In this document: positions 6,611 through 13,659 of the stretch, piece by piece
Layout of the letters: the number at the start of each line of letters is the position of its first letter
Numbering within the stretch: position 1 is the stretch's first letter
From: Lautropia sp.
Lineage (GTDB): Bacteria > Pseudomonadota > Gammaproteobacteria > Burkholderiales > Burkholderiaceae_E
DNA length: 64,000 nucleotides
Direction: 5' to 3'
Assembly: GCA_030528325.1 (NCBI GenBank)
Contig: JAUMZD010000016.1
Span: 1 to 64,000, forward strand
Notes under the pieces: model-generated
Seen by the model: only the letters and a program-made list of their open reading frames with translations
Told to the model about the DNA's origin: nothing
The model's database searches: none
Translations under genes and position numbers: made by a program

Positions 6611-8359
6611 TCACCCCTGCAGCGCCTGAATCTCCCGCCATCCCAGCCCGAACTTTCGTAGGTACTTGCGCAGGCGGTCGGTGTCGTTGACCGCGCTGCG
6701 CTGGGTGCGGGACTGGTCGAAGAGGGTTCGGCCAGCTTCGGCCAGGCTCCGGCTTTGCCGGCAGGTGGCGATGACGGCTTCCAGTTGCAGGCGGTCGAAG
6801 CGGTCGAGTCCCGCCAGTGTCCCGGCGGGCAGCAGCTGTTCCAGCAGCGCGGGGGCTGGCAGGTTGTCGGCTTTTGCGCTGGCGGGTTGTGCCTCACGCC
6901 GGGGGGAGGGGGTGAGCGGGGCCGTTTCTGTCATGTCCTGCCACAGCCATTGCAGCCGGGCGATCTCGGCTTCGACCAGATCCGTGGTGATGCGTCCGCC
7001 TTCGGCGAGCGTGGCCAATCGGGTGATACTGGCCGACAGGTCGCGGAAGTTGCCCCGCCAGGGGGCATCAGGGCTCTGGGCGAACTGCAGGTAACGGGTT
7101 TTGGCCTCACGATTGAAGTGAGCGGCCTTGCCGCCTTCGGTGGGCATTCGGGCCAGCAGGTGGTCGATGTTGGGCTCCAGATCTTCGGGGCGTTCGGCCA
7201 GCCCGGGCAGGTGCCAGCTCCAGAGATTGATGCGGGCGAAGAGATCTTCGCGGAAGCGCCCGGCGGCCACTTCATGGCGCAGGTCGCGGTTGGTGCCGGC
7301 CATCAGCTGGAAATCGCTGTGCACCTCATGATCACTGCCCATCGGCAGAAAGCGTTTTTCCTCGACGGCCTTCAGCAGCATGGCCTGCTCGTCCTGACCC
7401 AGTTCGGCGATCTCGTCCAGAAACAGCACGCCCTGATGAGCGCTGCGAAGCAGTCCGGCCCGTTCGCTGGCTGCACCGGTGAAGGCGCCTCGTTTGTGAC
7501 CGAACAGAGTGCTGCTGGCGGTGTCACCGTGCAGGGTGGCACAGTTCACCTCGATGAAGTCGCCCTGCACCTGATGGCGGGCCTTTTTCAGCTCGTACAG
7601 CCGCCGGGCCAGGTGGGATTTGCCGGCACCGGTGGGCCCGGTCAGCAGGATCGGGGCTTTGGAGCGCACGGCCACCTGCTCGATCTCGTCGATCAGCCGG
7701 TTGAAGCGCGGGTTTCGGGTCGGAATGCCGTTCTTCAGATAATCCTGCGCCTGCTGGCGGGCGTGCTCGAAGCGCTGGGCCAGCCCGTCGTATCGGGACA
7801 GGTCGAGGTCGATCAGCGTGTAGGTGCCGACAGAGGCTGCACCTTTGGCCCGGGGGCTGGCGCTGTTGTCGTGATGCCCGTCGTGCCGGACTGGCTCGCG
7901 CGGCCCCTGGGCCAAGGGCAGCGATGGTCGCTGGCGGGGCGGCGAGCTTTGCAGCAGCACGCCCGGGATGAAACGGGCCTCCACCATCAGGAACAGACAG
8001 ATCTGTGCCACATGGGTGCCGGTCGTGATGTGTACCCAGTAGTCTTCGCGCTCGGTATCGAAGTGTTGGCGCTTCGCCCAGTCGTAGAGGTTGGCGTATA
8101 CCTCGCCGAAGTCCCAGGGGTCGGCCAGCGGCATCGGAATCGGATTCACCTGCGTGTGGGGCGACACCTCTGCGATGTCGGCCACGACCGTCTCCAGCAG
8201 TGCCTGGTACTTCGGTGCGTGGAACAGTTCCAGGCGGTCGATCGGATGAGGCTGCTGGACCATCGATAGCGTGGGGCGCCATTTCTTCCAGCGCCCGGCG
8301 CGCAGGCCGCTATCGAGCTGGGTACCGAGATAGCCGATGATGACGGTGCGTTTGTTCAT
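6611..8359 (-). CDS. rtcR: RtcR, sigma-54-dependent transcriptional activator with an N-terminal CARF domain
   Basis: MNKRTVIIGYLGTQLD... (CARF-like N-terminus), Walker A LLTGPTGAGKSHLAR, the GAFTGA motif of sigma-54 activators (KRGAFTGAASER), and a C-terminal HTH. Start taken at the ATG at 8359. Confidence 0.8.
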   Translation of the reverse strand: MNKRTVIIGYLGTQLDSGLRAGRWKKWRPTLSMVQQPHPIDRLELFHAPKYQALLETVVADIAEVSPHTQVNPIPMPLADPWDFGEVYANLYDWAKRQHFDTEREDYWVHITTGTHVAQICLFLMVEARFIPGVLLQSSPPRQRPSLPLAQGPREPVRHDGHHDNSASPRAKGAASVGTYTLIDLDLSRYDGLAQRFEHARQQAQDYLKNGIPTRNPRFNRLIDEIEQVAVRSKAPILLTGPTGAGKSHLARRLYELKKARHQVQGDFIEVNCATLHGDTASSTLFGHKRGAFTGAASERAGLLRSAHQGVLFLDEIAELGQDEQAMLLKAVEEKRFLPMGSDHEVHSDFQLMAGTNRDLRHEVAAGRFREDLFARINLWSWHLPGLAERPEDLEPNIDHLLARMPTEGGKAAHFNREAKTRYLQFAQSPDAPWRGNFRDLSASITRLATLAEGGRITTDLVEAEIARLQWLWQDMTETAPLTPSPRREAQPASAKADNLPAPALLEQLLPAGTLAGLDRFDRLQLEAVIATCRQSRSLAEAGRTLFDQSRTQRSAVNDTDRLRKYLRKFGLGWREIQALQG

Positions 8360-8401
8360 GCTGGCGGGTGCTTGGGGTTCTGGTCTTGATCCAGTCAACC
8401 A

Positions 8402-8626
8402 CTACTGGAACAGGTGCGCCCGATACTGGCCGGGTGTGACCTCGTCAAAACCCAGCGATGGCAGATCCTGGAAAATCCGACGGTTGATCTCTTTCAGGTG
8501 CCAGGCGTCGAATTTCCCTTTGACAGGATTCAGTCTGAGTTCGACAAGACGAGCCCATGTATGTCTGGCTTCAAGTACCTGTCGCCGCCCTGATGTCAGG
8601 GCCGGGTTTGGGTGTCGATCTTTCAC
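8402..8626 (-). pseudogene. 5' fragment of a Fic/Doc-family toxin gene (stops before the HPFx[DE]GNGR core)
   Basis: ...AWHLKEINRRIFQDLPSLGFDEVTPGQYRAHLFQ* resembles the Fic helix preceding the active-site motif. The ORF ends 43 nt from the rtcR start. Confidence 0.4.
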
Positions 8627-8955
8627 TCGGCGCCTTTGACGAATTGTGCGAGATCTATCTCACCCCGAATGAAGCGCTGGGCGTGTTCTTCATCAGTGGG
8701 ACTCAGCTGGAAGCCTTCCAGTGCGACCGAAGCGCGAGCGTAGTTGATGGCCTCCTCGCGTTCCCTGCGGTTGTGATGCCCGATGGGGACGGAGATCGTC
8801 TGAGGTGTTTTTCTGGCGGCGGAACGCTGGACGTATTCACGCATGAAGTCGCGCAAAACCTGTGCGGCAGGGCGGTGCTCAAGCTCAGCAGCCTCGGCGA
8901 ACTGCGCGCGCAAGTCTGCTTCTACCCGGAATGTCATGGTGACAGCTTTGTTCAT
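8623..8955 (-). CDS. FicA/VbhA-type antitoxin with an N-terminal RHH-like segment
   Basis: MNKAVTMTFRVEADLRAQFAEAAELEHRPAAQVLRDFMREYV (RHH) and the inhibitory S/TxxxE(G/N) motif in ASVALEGFQLSPTDEEHAQRFIRGEIDL. The start could also be the upstream ATG at 9030. Confidence 0.5.
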   Translation of the reverse strand: MNKAVTMTFRVEADLRAQFAEAAELEHRPAAQVLRDFMREYVQRSAARKTPQTISVPIGHHNRREREEAINYARASVALEGFQLSPTDEEHAQRFIRGEIDLAQFVKGAE

Positions 8956-9074
8956 GGGGACTTGTCTGTGTGTGATGGATAGGCGAACGTAATTACATTG
9001 TAATGAAAGTGTCATGACACCAGAAGGCATCCAGCTTTGGACTCAGGCCCCTGCTGCCTTCTCTTCATCACTGG

Positions 9075-9140
9075 ACTCACGATTGTATATATCTGATTTT
9101 CTATCAATATATCTAAAATTCTAAAATTGTTCTGTGCCAC
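9075..9140 (-). promoter_or_regulatory. AT-rich repeat-containing promoter or IHF-like region upstream of the ficA-like gene
   Basis: cgattgtatatatctgattttctatcaatatatctaaaattctaaaattg: an AT-rich island in a GC-rich genome with repeated atatatct and aaaattct units. Confidence 0.3.
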
Positions 9141-9398
9141 TTAGGCTGTACCGGGCAGAAGGTCTCATGGCCAGGGCAGGGAATCATACGAGCTTCCGGG
9201 CGCTGTCTTGGATGCCCCCTGTGGACGCATCTTCCTGCTCCCTGGAGATCGCGGAGCCGTTGCCAACACTTTGAATCCATTGAGGGCTCTGCGGGATTGG
9301 CATCCTGCGCTGATTGCCCGGAGGGGCTTTGTCCGGCCTGAAAAATTCTCGGCACGCGCCCTTCATGTCGTCGTCATGATGCATCCCCAATGCCAGGT

Positions 9399-9414
9399 TG
9401 GCACGGGTCTTGCT
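9399..9414 (+). promoter_or_regulatory. Sigma-54 (-24/-12) promoter, perfect consensus, oriented toward the SPFH and rtcB genes
   Basis: TTGGCACG-ggtc-TTGCT matches TGGCACG-N4-TTGCW exactly. Confidence 0.55.
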
Positions 9415-9512
9415 TGGTAATGCTCATCAACCACGGCTGCCTGGCTGACAGCAACGCTTTCGGTTCGGCCACCAGAGCAGAGGGCTTGGGGTTCGGGTCA
9501 GACCTGCCCCAG

Positions 9513-9714
9513 CGGTGCCGGTGTCCATCGTCTTCATCGGTGAAGAACGATGTGGACGGTCGGCATGCCGCCAGGTAGTCGTGGGAGAGGTGGTGCGCAG
9601 GTTGGCGTGTGAGCGCATGGCCGGTTCAAGTCCGGCGGCACCACAGGTGGCTCTGCTCGGGTTGGAGCAACGTCCTGAAAAGACGTCTGGCAGGTTCGAT
9701 TCCTGTCTTTGTAC
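9513..9714 (+). ncRNA. Candidate Y-RNA-like / tRNA-like noncoding RNA (two tandem tRNA-mimic modules) downstream of the sigma-54 promoter
   Basis: Module 1 (9513..9643): a 7-bp acceptor-like stem cggtgcc/ggcacca, a long bulged helix (gtccatcgtcttc-atcggt-gaagaacgatgtggac) and a canonical T-arm gccgg-TTCAAGT-ccggc. Module 2 (9650..9706): D-arm GCTC-11nt-GAGC, an anticodon-like arm acgtc-CTGAAAA-gacgt, and T-arm gcagg-TTCGATT-cctgt, with no pairing acceptor stem. Confidence 0.3.
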
Positions 9715-10032
9715 GACGGGCCGAAAGGCTGGTCGCAATCAGAGCAAATCTGGCTGGACAGGCAGGTGTCCGGGCGCAGGCGATGTTCTCCGGCGGGATC
9801 GCTTCCCGAAGGAAATGCGCGTGCCGTCCCGGCCCTGCCACCGCATCAGCGGCCTTGCGTGTCATGAACGGGTCGTGGTGATGGGTCGGGTGAAGGTGGT
9901 GAGGTACTGCCGCCAGAGTCTGGCTGCACACCCTGATCCCCATGGCACCCGCCGCTGATGCGGGTCTGACCGGATTCGTCCGACCACAGCAGGAATTGTC
10001 CAATCAGATAACTCGGCAAATCAACAAATCAG

Positions 10033-10106
10033 CAGATCAACGGATCAACGGATCAGCGGATCAGTGAGCCAGCGAACCAATTGAGCAACGAATCCGCTGA
10101 TCAGGA
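10033..10106 (+). promoter_or_regulatory. Tandem GGATCA(A/G)C repeats plus an inverted repeat (ATCAGCGGAT...ATCCGCTGAT) immediately upstream of the SPFH gene
   Basis: cagATCAACGGATCAACGGATCAGCGGATCAGtgag ... gaATCCGCTGATCAgg, followed by the purine-rich RBS region ggaaaggaagagaaagaaaagga. Confidence 0.35.
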
Positions 10107-10133
10107 AAGGAAGAGAAAGAAAAGGATTCCATC

Positions 10134-11309
10134 ATGAAAACCTACGGCTGGAAAAGCTTTCAAGTCAGCAAGCATGAGCGCGCACTGCTGGTGCGCAATG
10201 GCGACGTGGAGCGTCTGCTGCCGGCTGGCCGGCATCGGGTGAAGGGCTGGGGGGATGTGCTGAGCGTCGCCCGCCTGTCGGGCTCTGAATCCGCGTTCGA
10301 TCATCCGCTGGCCGAACAGATTCTGGATGCCGGGCAGCGCGATGGCGCCGGCATGACGGATTGGTGGCAGCACCTGATCGCGGTGAGGCTGGCCGATGAC
10401 GAGGTGGGCCTGCTGATCGAGGACGATCTGCTGACGGCAGTCTTGCCGCCGGGCACGCGCCGGTTGTTCTGGAAAGCGCCGCGGCCGATTCGTGTCGAGA
10501 CCGTCTCGCTGTTGGCGGGTGTGCAGATGGCGCCGGCACTGGTGGCCAGGCTTCAACCGCTGATGGCCCGTGCCGGAACAGATGCCGTGGGCGGTGTCCT
10601 GCTGGTGCAGGTGCCGCAACACCATGCGGGTCTGCTGCGCGTCGATGGCGTATTGCAGCCGCTGCTGTCGACGGGCGTGCATGGATTCTGGCGCTTCGGC
10701 CCGGATGTCTCGATCGAGGTGGTGGATCTGCGCACGCAGACCACCGAGGTCGGCGGGCAGGAAATCCTGTCGCGGGACAAGGTGAGCCTGCGGCTGAACC
10801 TGCTCGCCGGCTGGCGCTATCAGGATGTGGCGCGGGCTTTTGCCCAATGGCCTCAGCCGGCGGATCAGGTGTATCGTGAGCTGCAATTCGCATTGCGTGC
10901 GGTGGTTGGCGCCCAGACGCTCGATGGGCTGCTGTCGGACAAGGCGCAGATGGATGCGGCGCTGATGGTCCAGGTGGGGCCGCGTCTGGCAGCACACGGT
11001 ATCGTTCTGGAGAGCGTCGGCGTGAAGGACATCATCCTGCCGGGCGAGATGCGTACGCTGCTGGCCAAGGTGGTCGAGGCCGAGAAAGCGGCGCAGGCCA
11101 ACCTGATCCGCCGACGGGAGGAAACCGCAGCCACGCGTTCACTCCTGAACACGGCCAAGGTGATGGAAGACAACCCGGTGGCGCTGCGGATGAAGGAACT
11201 GGAAACGCTGGAGCGGGTGGCCGAGCGCATCGACCGGATTTCGGTGGTCGGCGGGCTGGATCAGGTGCTGGATGGGCTGGTGAAGCTGCGTCCGGCGAAG
11301 AAGGGATGA
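10134..11309 (+). CDS. SPFH/band-7 (slipin-like) domain protein
   Basis: 391 aa with a central SPFH-like region and a C-terminal coiled-coil (EAEKAAQANLIRRREETAATR...ALRMKELETLERVAERIDRI). Confidence 0.65.
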   Translation: MKTYGWKSFQVSKHERALLVRNGDVERLLPAGRHRVKGWGDVLSVARLSGSESAFDHPLAEQILDAGQRDGAGMTDWWQHLIAVRLADDEVGLLIEDDLLTAVLPPGTRRLFWKAPRPIRVETVSLLAGVQMAPALVARLQPLMARAGTDAVGGVLLVQVPQHHAGLLRVDGVLQPLLSTGVHGFWRFGPDVSIEVVDLRTQTTEVGGQEILSRDKVSLRLNLLAGWRYQDVARAFAQWPQPADQVYRELQFALRAVVGAQTLDGLLSDKAQMDAALMVQVGPRLAAHGIVLESVGVKDIILPGEMRTLLAKVVEAEKAAQANLIRRREETAATRSLLNTAKVMEDNPVALRMKELETLERVAERIDRISVVGGLDQVLDGLVKLRPAKKG

Positions 11310-11466
11310 CACAGGCATGAATGAAGACCGGGGCCAGCGAGTGTGCTCCGCTTTGGCAGGTTGACAAAGCATGACGGTGAAAAGTATGAGCATGCGGGAA
11401 ATGGAAAACACTACGACAACGAAAAAAGCAACAGCAACAGCAATGGAGAGGGCAGTGGCGACGGCA

Positions 11467-12774
11467 ATGGAATCGGATACGGAAACAGCCACGACAACGA
11501 CGAGGACATCCGGGCAAGCATCGGGCCTGTCGACGGTATTTCCTCATGACGATTCGCTACCATATAATCAGATCACGAATGACGGAGCCGTCCCGGTGAA
11601 AATGTGGACGAAAGGCGTGCCGGTGGAGGATGAAGCCCGGCAGCAGCTGGAAAACGTCGCGCGGCTGCCGATCGTGTTCCGCCATGTGGCGGCCATGCCG
11701 GATGTGCATTACGGTATCGGGGCCACGGTGGGCTCCGTGATTCCCACCTTTCGGGCCATCATCCCGGCGGCCGTGGGGGTGGATATCGGTTGCGGGATGA
11801 TCGCCTGCAAGACGACGTTGCGCGCAGCCGATCTGCCTGACAATCTTGGCCCGTTGCGGGCTGCGATCGAGCAGGCCGTGCCGCATGGTATCTCGCCACG
11901 GCGTGCCGGGCGGGACAAGGGGTCGTGGGAAACGCCACCGCCAGAGACCGATGCGGCCTGGGCCGGGCTGGTGGATGAGTTCCGGCAGATCTGTGAAAAA
12001 TATCCCCGCCTGGAGAAGACCAACAACTACACGCAGCTGGGTACGCTGGGTACCGGCAACCATTTCATCGAGATCTGTCTGGATCAGGATGGGGTGGTCT
12101 GGATCATGCTGCACAGCGGTTCCCGCGGGGTGGGTAATGCCATCGGCACGCATTTCATCGAACTGGCGAAGCAGGATGCCGAGCAGCATCAGCGAAACCT
12201 GCCGGACAGGGATCTGGCCTATTTCGAGGAAGGCAGCCGTTATTTCGGGGATTATGTGAAGGCGGTGGGCTGGGCGCAGCGCTTTGCCCGGGCCAATCGG
12301 GAAGTGATGATGCAGCGGGTGATCGCTGCGATGAGAAGGATCATCACGAAGCCATTCCAGACACATCTGGAAGCGGTCAACTGTCATCACAACTACGTGC
12401 AGAAGGAACGGCATTTCGGTGAGGACGTGTTCGTGACCCGCAAGGGGGCCGTATCCGCGCGTGAAGGCGAGCTGGGTATCATCCCGGGCAGCATGGGGGC
12501 CCGCAGCTACATCGTGCGTGGGAAGGGCAATCCGGAGAGTTTCATGAGTTGCAGTCACGGTGCCGGGCGGCGGATGAGCCGCAACCAGGCGAAGAAGCGC
12601 TTCACGGTGGCCGACCAGATCCGGGCCACCGAAGGGGTGGAATGCCGCAAGGATGCCGAGGTGATCGATGAAATCCCGATGGCCTACAAGGACATCGACG
12701 CCGTGATGGCGGCACAGCGTGACCTCGTGGATGTGGTCTACACGCTGAAGCAGGTGGTGTGCGTGAAGGGATGA
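11467..12774 (+). CDS. rtcB: RtcB RNA ligase (3'-phosphate/5'-hydroxyl); true start uncertain
   Basis: AVPVKMWTKGVPVE, MPDVHYGIGATVGSVIPT, GTGNHFIEI, SMSCSHGAGRRMSR. The track ORF starts at 11371 with a low-complexity Thr/Ala-rich extension. The conserved RtcB sequence begins near 11560. Confidence 0.8.
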   Translation: MESDTETATTTTRTSGQASGLSTVFPHDDSLPYNQITNDGAVPVKMWTKGVPVEDEARQQLENVARLPIVFRHVAAMPDVHYGIGATVGSVIPTFRAIIPAAVGVDIGCGMIACKTTLRAADLPDNLGPLRAAIEQAVPHGISPRRAGRDKGSWETPPPETDAAWAGLVDEFRQICEKYPRLEKTNNYTQLGTLGTGNHFIEICLDQDGVVWIMLHSGSRGVGNAIGTHFIELAKQDAEQHQRNLPDRDLAYFEEGSRYFGDYVKAVGWAQRFARANREVMMQRVIAAMRRIITKPFQTHLEAVNCHHNYVQKERHFGEDVFVTRKGAVSAREGELGIIPGSMGARSYIVRGKGNPESFMSCSHGAGRRMSRNQAKKRFTVADQIRATEGVECRKDAEVIDEIPMAYKDIDAVMAAQRDLVDVVYTLKQVVCVKG

Positions 12775-12793
12775 CATCACGCTCAGGAGGATT

Positions 12794-12837
12794 GGGTGGC
12801 CGGTTTGCAGCCCGCGACTGTCCTGCCGCCCAAGCTC
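12794..12837 (+). repeat. Terminal-arm fragment of the MITE-like repeat family
   Basis: ggccggtttgcagcccgcgactgtcctgccgcccaagctc matches the arm of the element at 19014..19176. Confidence 0.5.
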
Positions 12838-12919
12838 TTCAGACGGCTCGGTGTTGATGGGGCGGCCGGGCCGTGCTACGATGCACATCGTTTGTAACAC
12901 GTCTTGCGAGGGCATCATC

Positions 12920-13207
12920 ATGGCCGACTCCACTTTTACCTTCCGGGTCGATGAAGCCTTGAAAGCGGAGTTTTCCACGGCCGCCAGGGCGCTTGACCGT
13001 AGCGGTGCGCAGCTGTTGCGTGACTTCATGCGGGAGTTCGTGCAGAAACAACAGGAGGCGGCTGCGCATGACGCCTGGTTCCGTCGTCAGGTTCAACGCG
13101 GTCTGGATTCGGCCGAGGCTGGCCGTCTGATTCCGGCGGCTGAGGTCGAGGCGAACTTTGCGGCCCGGCGGGCGGCCACGCGCCGTCGTCTTGAAGGTGT
13201 GGAGTGA
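12920..13207 (+). CDS. parD: ParD-like RHH antitoxin
   Basis: MADSTFTFRVDEALKAEFSTAARALDRSGAQLLRDFMREFV; 4-nt overlap with the downstream toxin gene. Confidence 0.6.
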   Translation: MADSTFTFRVDEALKAEFSTAARALDRSGAQLLRDFMREFVQKQQEAAAHDAWFRRQVQRGLDSAEAGRLIPAAEVEANFAARRAATRRRLEGVE

Positions 13208-13500
13208 TGCGTCTGTGCTGGACGCCTGAGGCCGTTCGAGACCGCGAGGACATCTATGCCCATGTCGAGGCAGACAATCCGATTGCAGCCCTGGCACTTG
13301 ATGAGCTGTTTTCGGAGAAGGCCCGGTATCTGACCGATCATCCCGGCCTGGGGCGGATGGGGCGGGTGGCCGGGACGCGGGAGCTGGTCGTTCATCGGAA
13401 CTACGTTCTGATCTATGACCTGGCAGGGGATCAGGTTCGCGTGTTGCGTGTGTTGCATGCGGCGCGTCAATGGCCGCCTGAGCATTCGTCGACGCCGTGA
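13204..13500 (+). CDS. parE: ParE/RelE-family toxin
   Basis: 98 aa: ...IYAHVEADNPIAALALDELFSEKARYLTDHPGLGR...RELVVHRNYVLIYDLAGDQVRVLRVLHAARQWP. Confidence 0.6.
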   Translation: MMRLCWTPEAVRDREDIYAHVEADNPIAALALDELFSEKARYLTDHPGLGRMGRVAGTRELVVHRNYVLIYDLAGDQVRVLRVLHAARQWPPEHSSTP

Positions 13501-13524
13501 GGCCGGGTGGAGAGGGCGGCTGGC

Positions 13525-13586
13525 CGTGATGGCCGCCCAGCGTGACCTCGTGGATGTGGTGTACACCCTGAAGCAGGTCGTGTGCA
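13525..13586 (+). repeat. Duplicated copy of the last ~62 nt of rtcB (original at 12701..12762)
   Basis: ccgtgatggc(c/g)gc(c/a)cagcgtgacctcgtggatgtggt(g/c)tacac(c/g)ctgaagcaggt(c/g)gtgtgc. The copy encodes AAQRDLVDVVYTLKQVVC. Confidence 0.7.
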
Positions 13587-13598
13587 TAACACGCTCTA
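13585..13598 (+). repeat. 14-bp direct repeat CATAACACGCTCTA (left copy) flanking the MoxR-vWA module
   Basis: Identical to 16666..16679. Confidence 0.6.
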
Positions 13599-13659
13599 AA
13601 GGGTGATTTACCCTGCAAGGGGTATTTCACCATTCAGCGAAAAGTTTTCCGGATGAACC

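Noticed and set aside
9591-9643. Reading 9591..9643 alone as a tRNA gene
   Set aside because: It is only 53 nt (acceptor-like stem plus T-arm, no D or anticodon arms), so it is not a canonical tRNA. Kept only as part of the tRNA-like ncRNA hypothesis.
9113-10003. Several 60-150-aa ORFs on both strands in the rtcR-SPFH intergenic region
   Set aside because: They overlap one another and have no recognisable domains. They coincide with the sigma-54 promoter and tRNA-like structures, so the region is better explained as a non-coding leader.
11349-11367. Possible sigma-54 site TGGCAGGTTGACAAAGCA upstream of rtcB
   Set aside because: GG-to-GC spacing is 12, not 10, and the -12 element is not TTGC. 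The perfect site at 9399..9414 is the much better candidate. The sequence may instead contain a sigma-70-like TTGACA.
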